A DNA stretch of 64,000 nt from the NCBI GenBank assembly GCA_937920495.1, contig CALEUQ010000003.1, positions 8,522 through 72,521 on the forward strand. The letters are read 5' to 3'. Both the position numbers and the translations under genes were made by a program. Origin of the DNA: an uncultured bacterium. GTDB taxonomy: Bacteria > Spirochaetota > UBA4802 > UB4802. Below, one piece after another: positions 63,306 to 64,000 of this stretch. Each line of letters opens with the position of its first letter. The first letter of the stretch is position 1. Under the pieces are notes generated by a model. The model had not been told where the DNA came from and ran no database searches. It saw nothing but the letters and a program-made list of their open reading frames with translations.

Positions 63306-63989
63306 TCAATGTGTAGATGTTCGTTGATTTTTTACTTTACTTATCTTTATAGTAATAGAGCCAATATCATATTGGCATCCTTCTAAAGAAGATATCATCC
63401 CGTAAATTGTATTAGTAAATACATCACCCAACAATGGATCAACAGAAACAGGCCTGCCATTTACTTCAAGATATACATAATTTTGATTATTATCTCCTCG
63501 TAAAAACTCTTTTTCAATAAAATTGGTTATAGATTGTGTATCATTTATATTAAATTGTGGAACATTAACAGGATGTACACTATCCGTGGCTATGGCGATG
63601 AGGTTTGCCTCCGGGCCTGATAGAAGGTTGTTGCATACCTCACTACGGTATACTTCAATTTTGGGTTTATTGGAACGTTTATATCCCTCCACCAACACTA
63701 TATCAACATCATCAAAGTATTTGCCTGCAAGTTCATCTATATCTGCATCATGATCAGAATCTCTTACAACGGCTATTTTTGAACGTGATGATATTACTGT
63801 TATCAGAGCCCCTGCATGTTTATGTCGCCAGCTATCTTTGCCTTCATAATCTATTTCAAATTCATGTGCATCATGCTTGATGGTACCAACTCTGTATCCT
63901 CTACCAGTTAATTCACGTACTATTTTTTCAAGCAAGGTTGTTTTGCCCGTGCCAGATTTTCCTATAATTGAAACTATTGGCCTCAACAT
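63306..63989 (-). CDS. mobB: molybdopterin-guanine dinucleotide biosynthesis adaptor protein MobB with a C-terminal extension
   Basis: VSIIGKSGTGKTTLLEKIVRELTGRGYRVGTIKHDAHEFEIDYEGKDSWRH...VLVEGYK. About 80 extra C-terminal residues of unknown function. Confidence 0.8.
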   Translation of the reverse strand: MLRPIVSIIGKSGTGKTTLLEKIVRELTGRGYRVGTIKHDAHEFEIDYEGKDSWRHKHAGALITVISSRSKIAVVRDSDHDADIDELAGKYFDDVDIVLVEGYKRSNKPKIEVYRSEVCNNLLSGPEANLIAIATDSVHPVNVPQFNINDTQSITNFIEKEFLRGDNNQNYVYLEVNGRPVSVDPLLGDVFTNTIYGMISSLEGCQYDIGSITIKISKVKNQRTSTH

Positions 63990-64000
63990 TTCTATGAGAT

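Overview
AT-rich bacterial chromosomal segment (GC judged by eye, not computed). The core, about 20.7-51.5 kb, is the conserved translation/transcription super-cluster, all on the minus strand: tRNA-Thr(GGU), rpmG-secE-nusG-rplKAJL, rpoB-rpoC, rpsL-rpsG-fusA-tuf, then the S10/spc/alpha operons from rpsJ to rplQ. No adk lies between secY and map. The left flank (1-20.7 kb) carries a glyS 5' part that the ORF track omits because the gene runs off the window. It also carries a bactofilin + LysM/M23 peptidase pair, queE with a second radical-SAM gene and a 53-aa ORF, and a FecR-domain lipoprotein. Further genes there are a degenerate ADP-ribosylglycohydrolase-like protein, PHP, M23, polysaccharide deacetylase, SDR, several lipoproteins, an MNT-HEPN pair, truA and a DUF2225-like gene. 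The right flank (51.5-64 kb) carries an HD-domain gene, hisI-hisG, ileS-lspA, xseA-xseB, pyk, a PPTase, tRNA-Val(CAC) and mobB. I found no rRNA, CRISPR array, transposase or integrase. The signals not explained by genes are these. (1) The octamer GCGATAGT (extended GGCGATAGTWMC) occurs at least 19 times, on both strands, in several reading frames and in intergenic DNA. (2) A ~90-120 nt AT-rich dispersed intergenic repeat has three copies, two of them carrying a GC-rich hairpin core. (3) GC-rich REP-like hairpins and tandem repeats sit in otherwise AT-rich spacers. (4) Two long non-coding tracts lie upstream of pyk and between mobB and tRNA-Val. (5) EF-Tu carries a CxC-x4-CxxC insertion. EF-Tu similarity and gene content (bactofilin, many lipoproteins, FecR-domain proteins) suggest a spirochaete, possibly Leptospira-like, but this is a guess from memory only.
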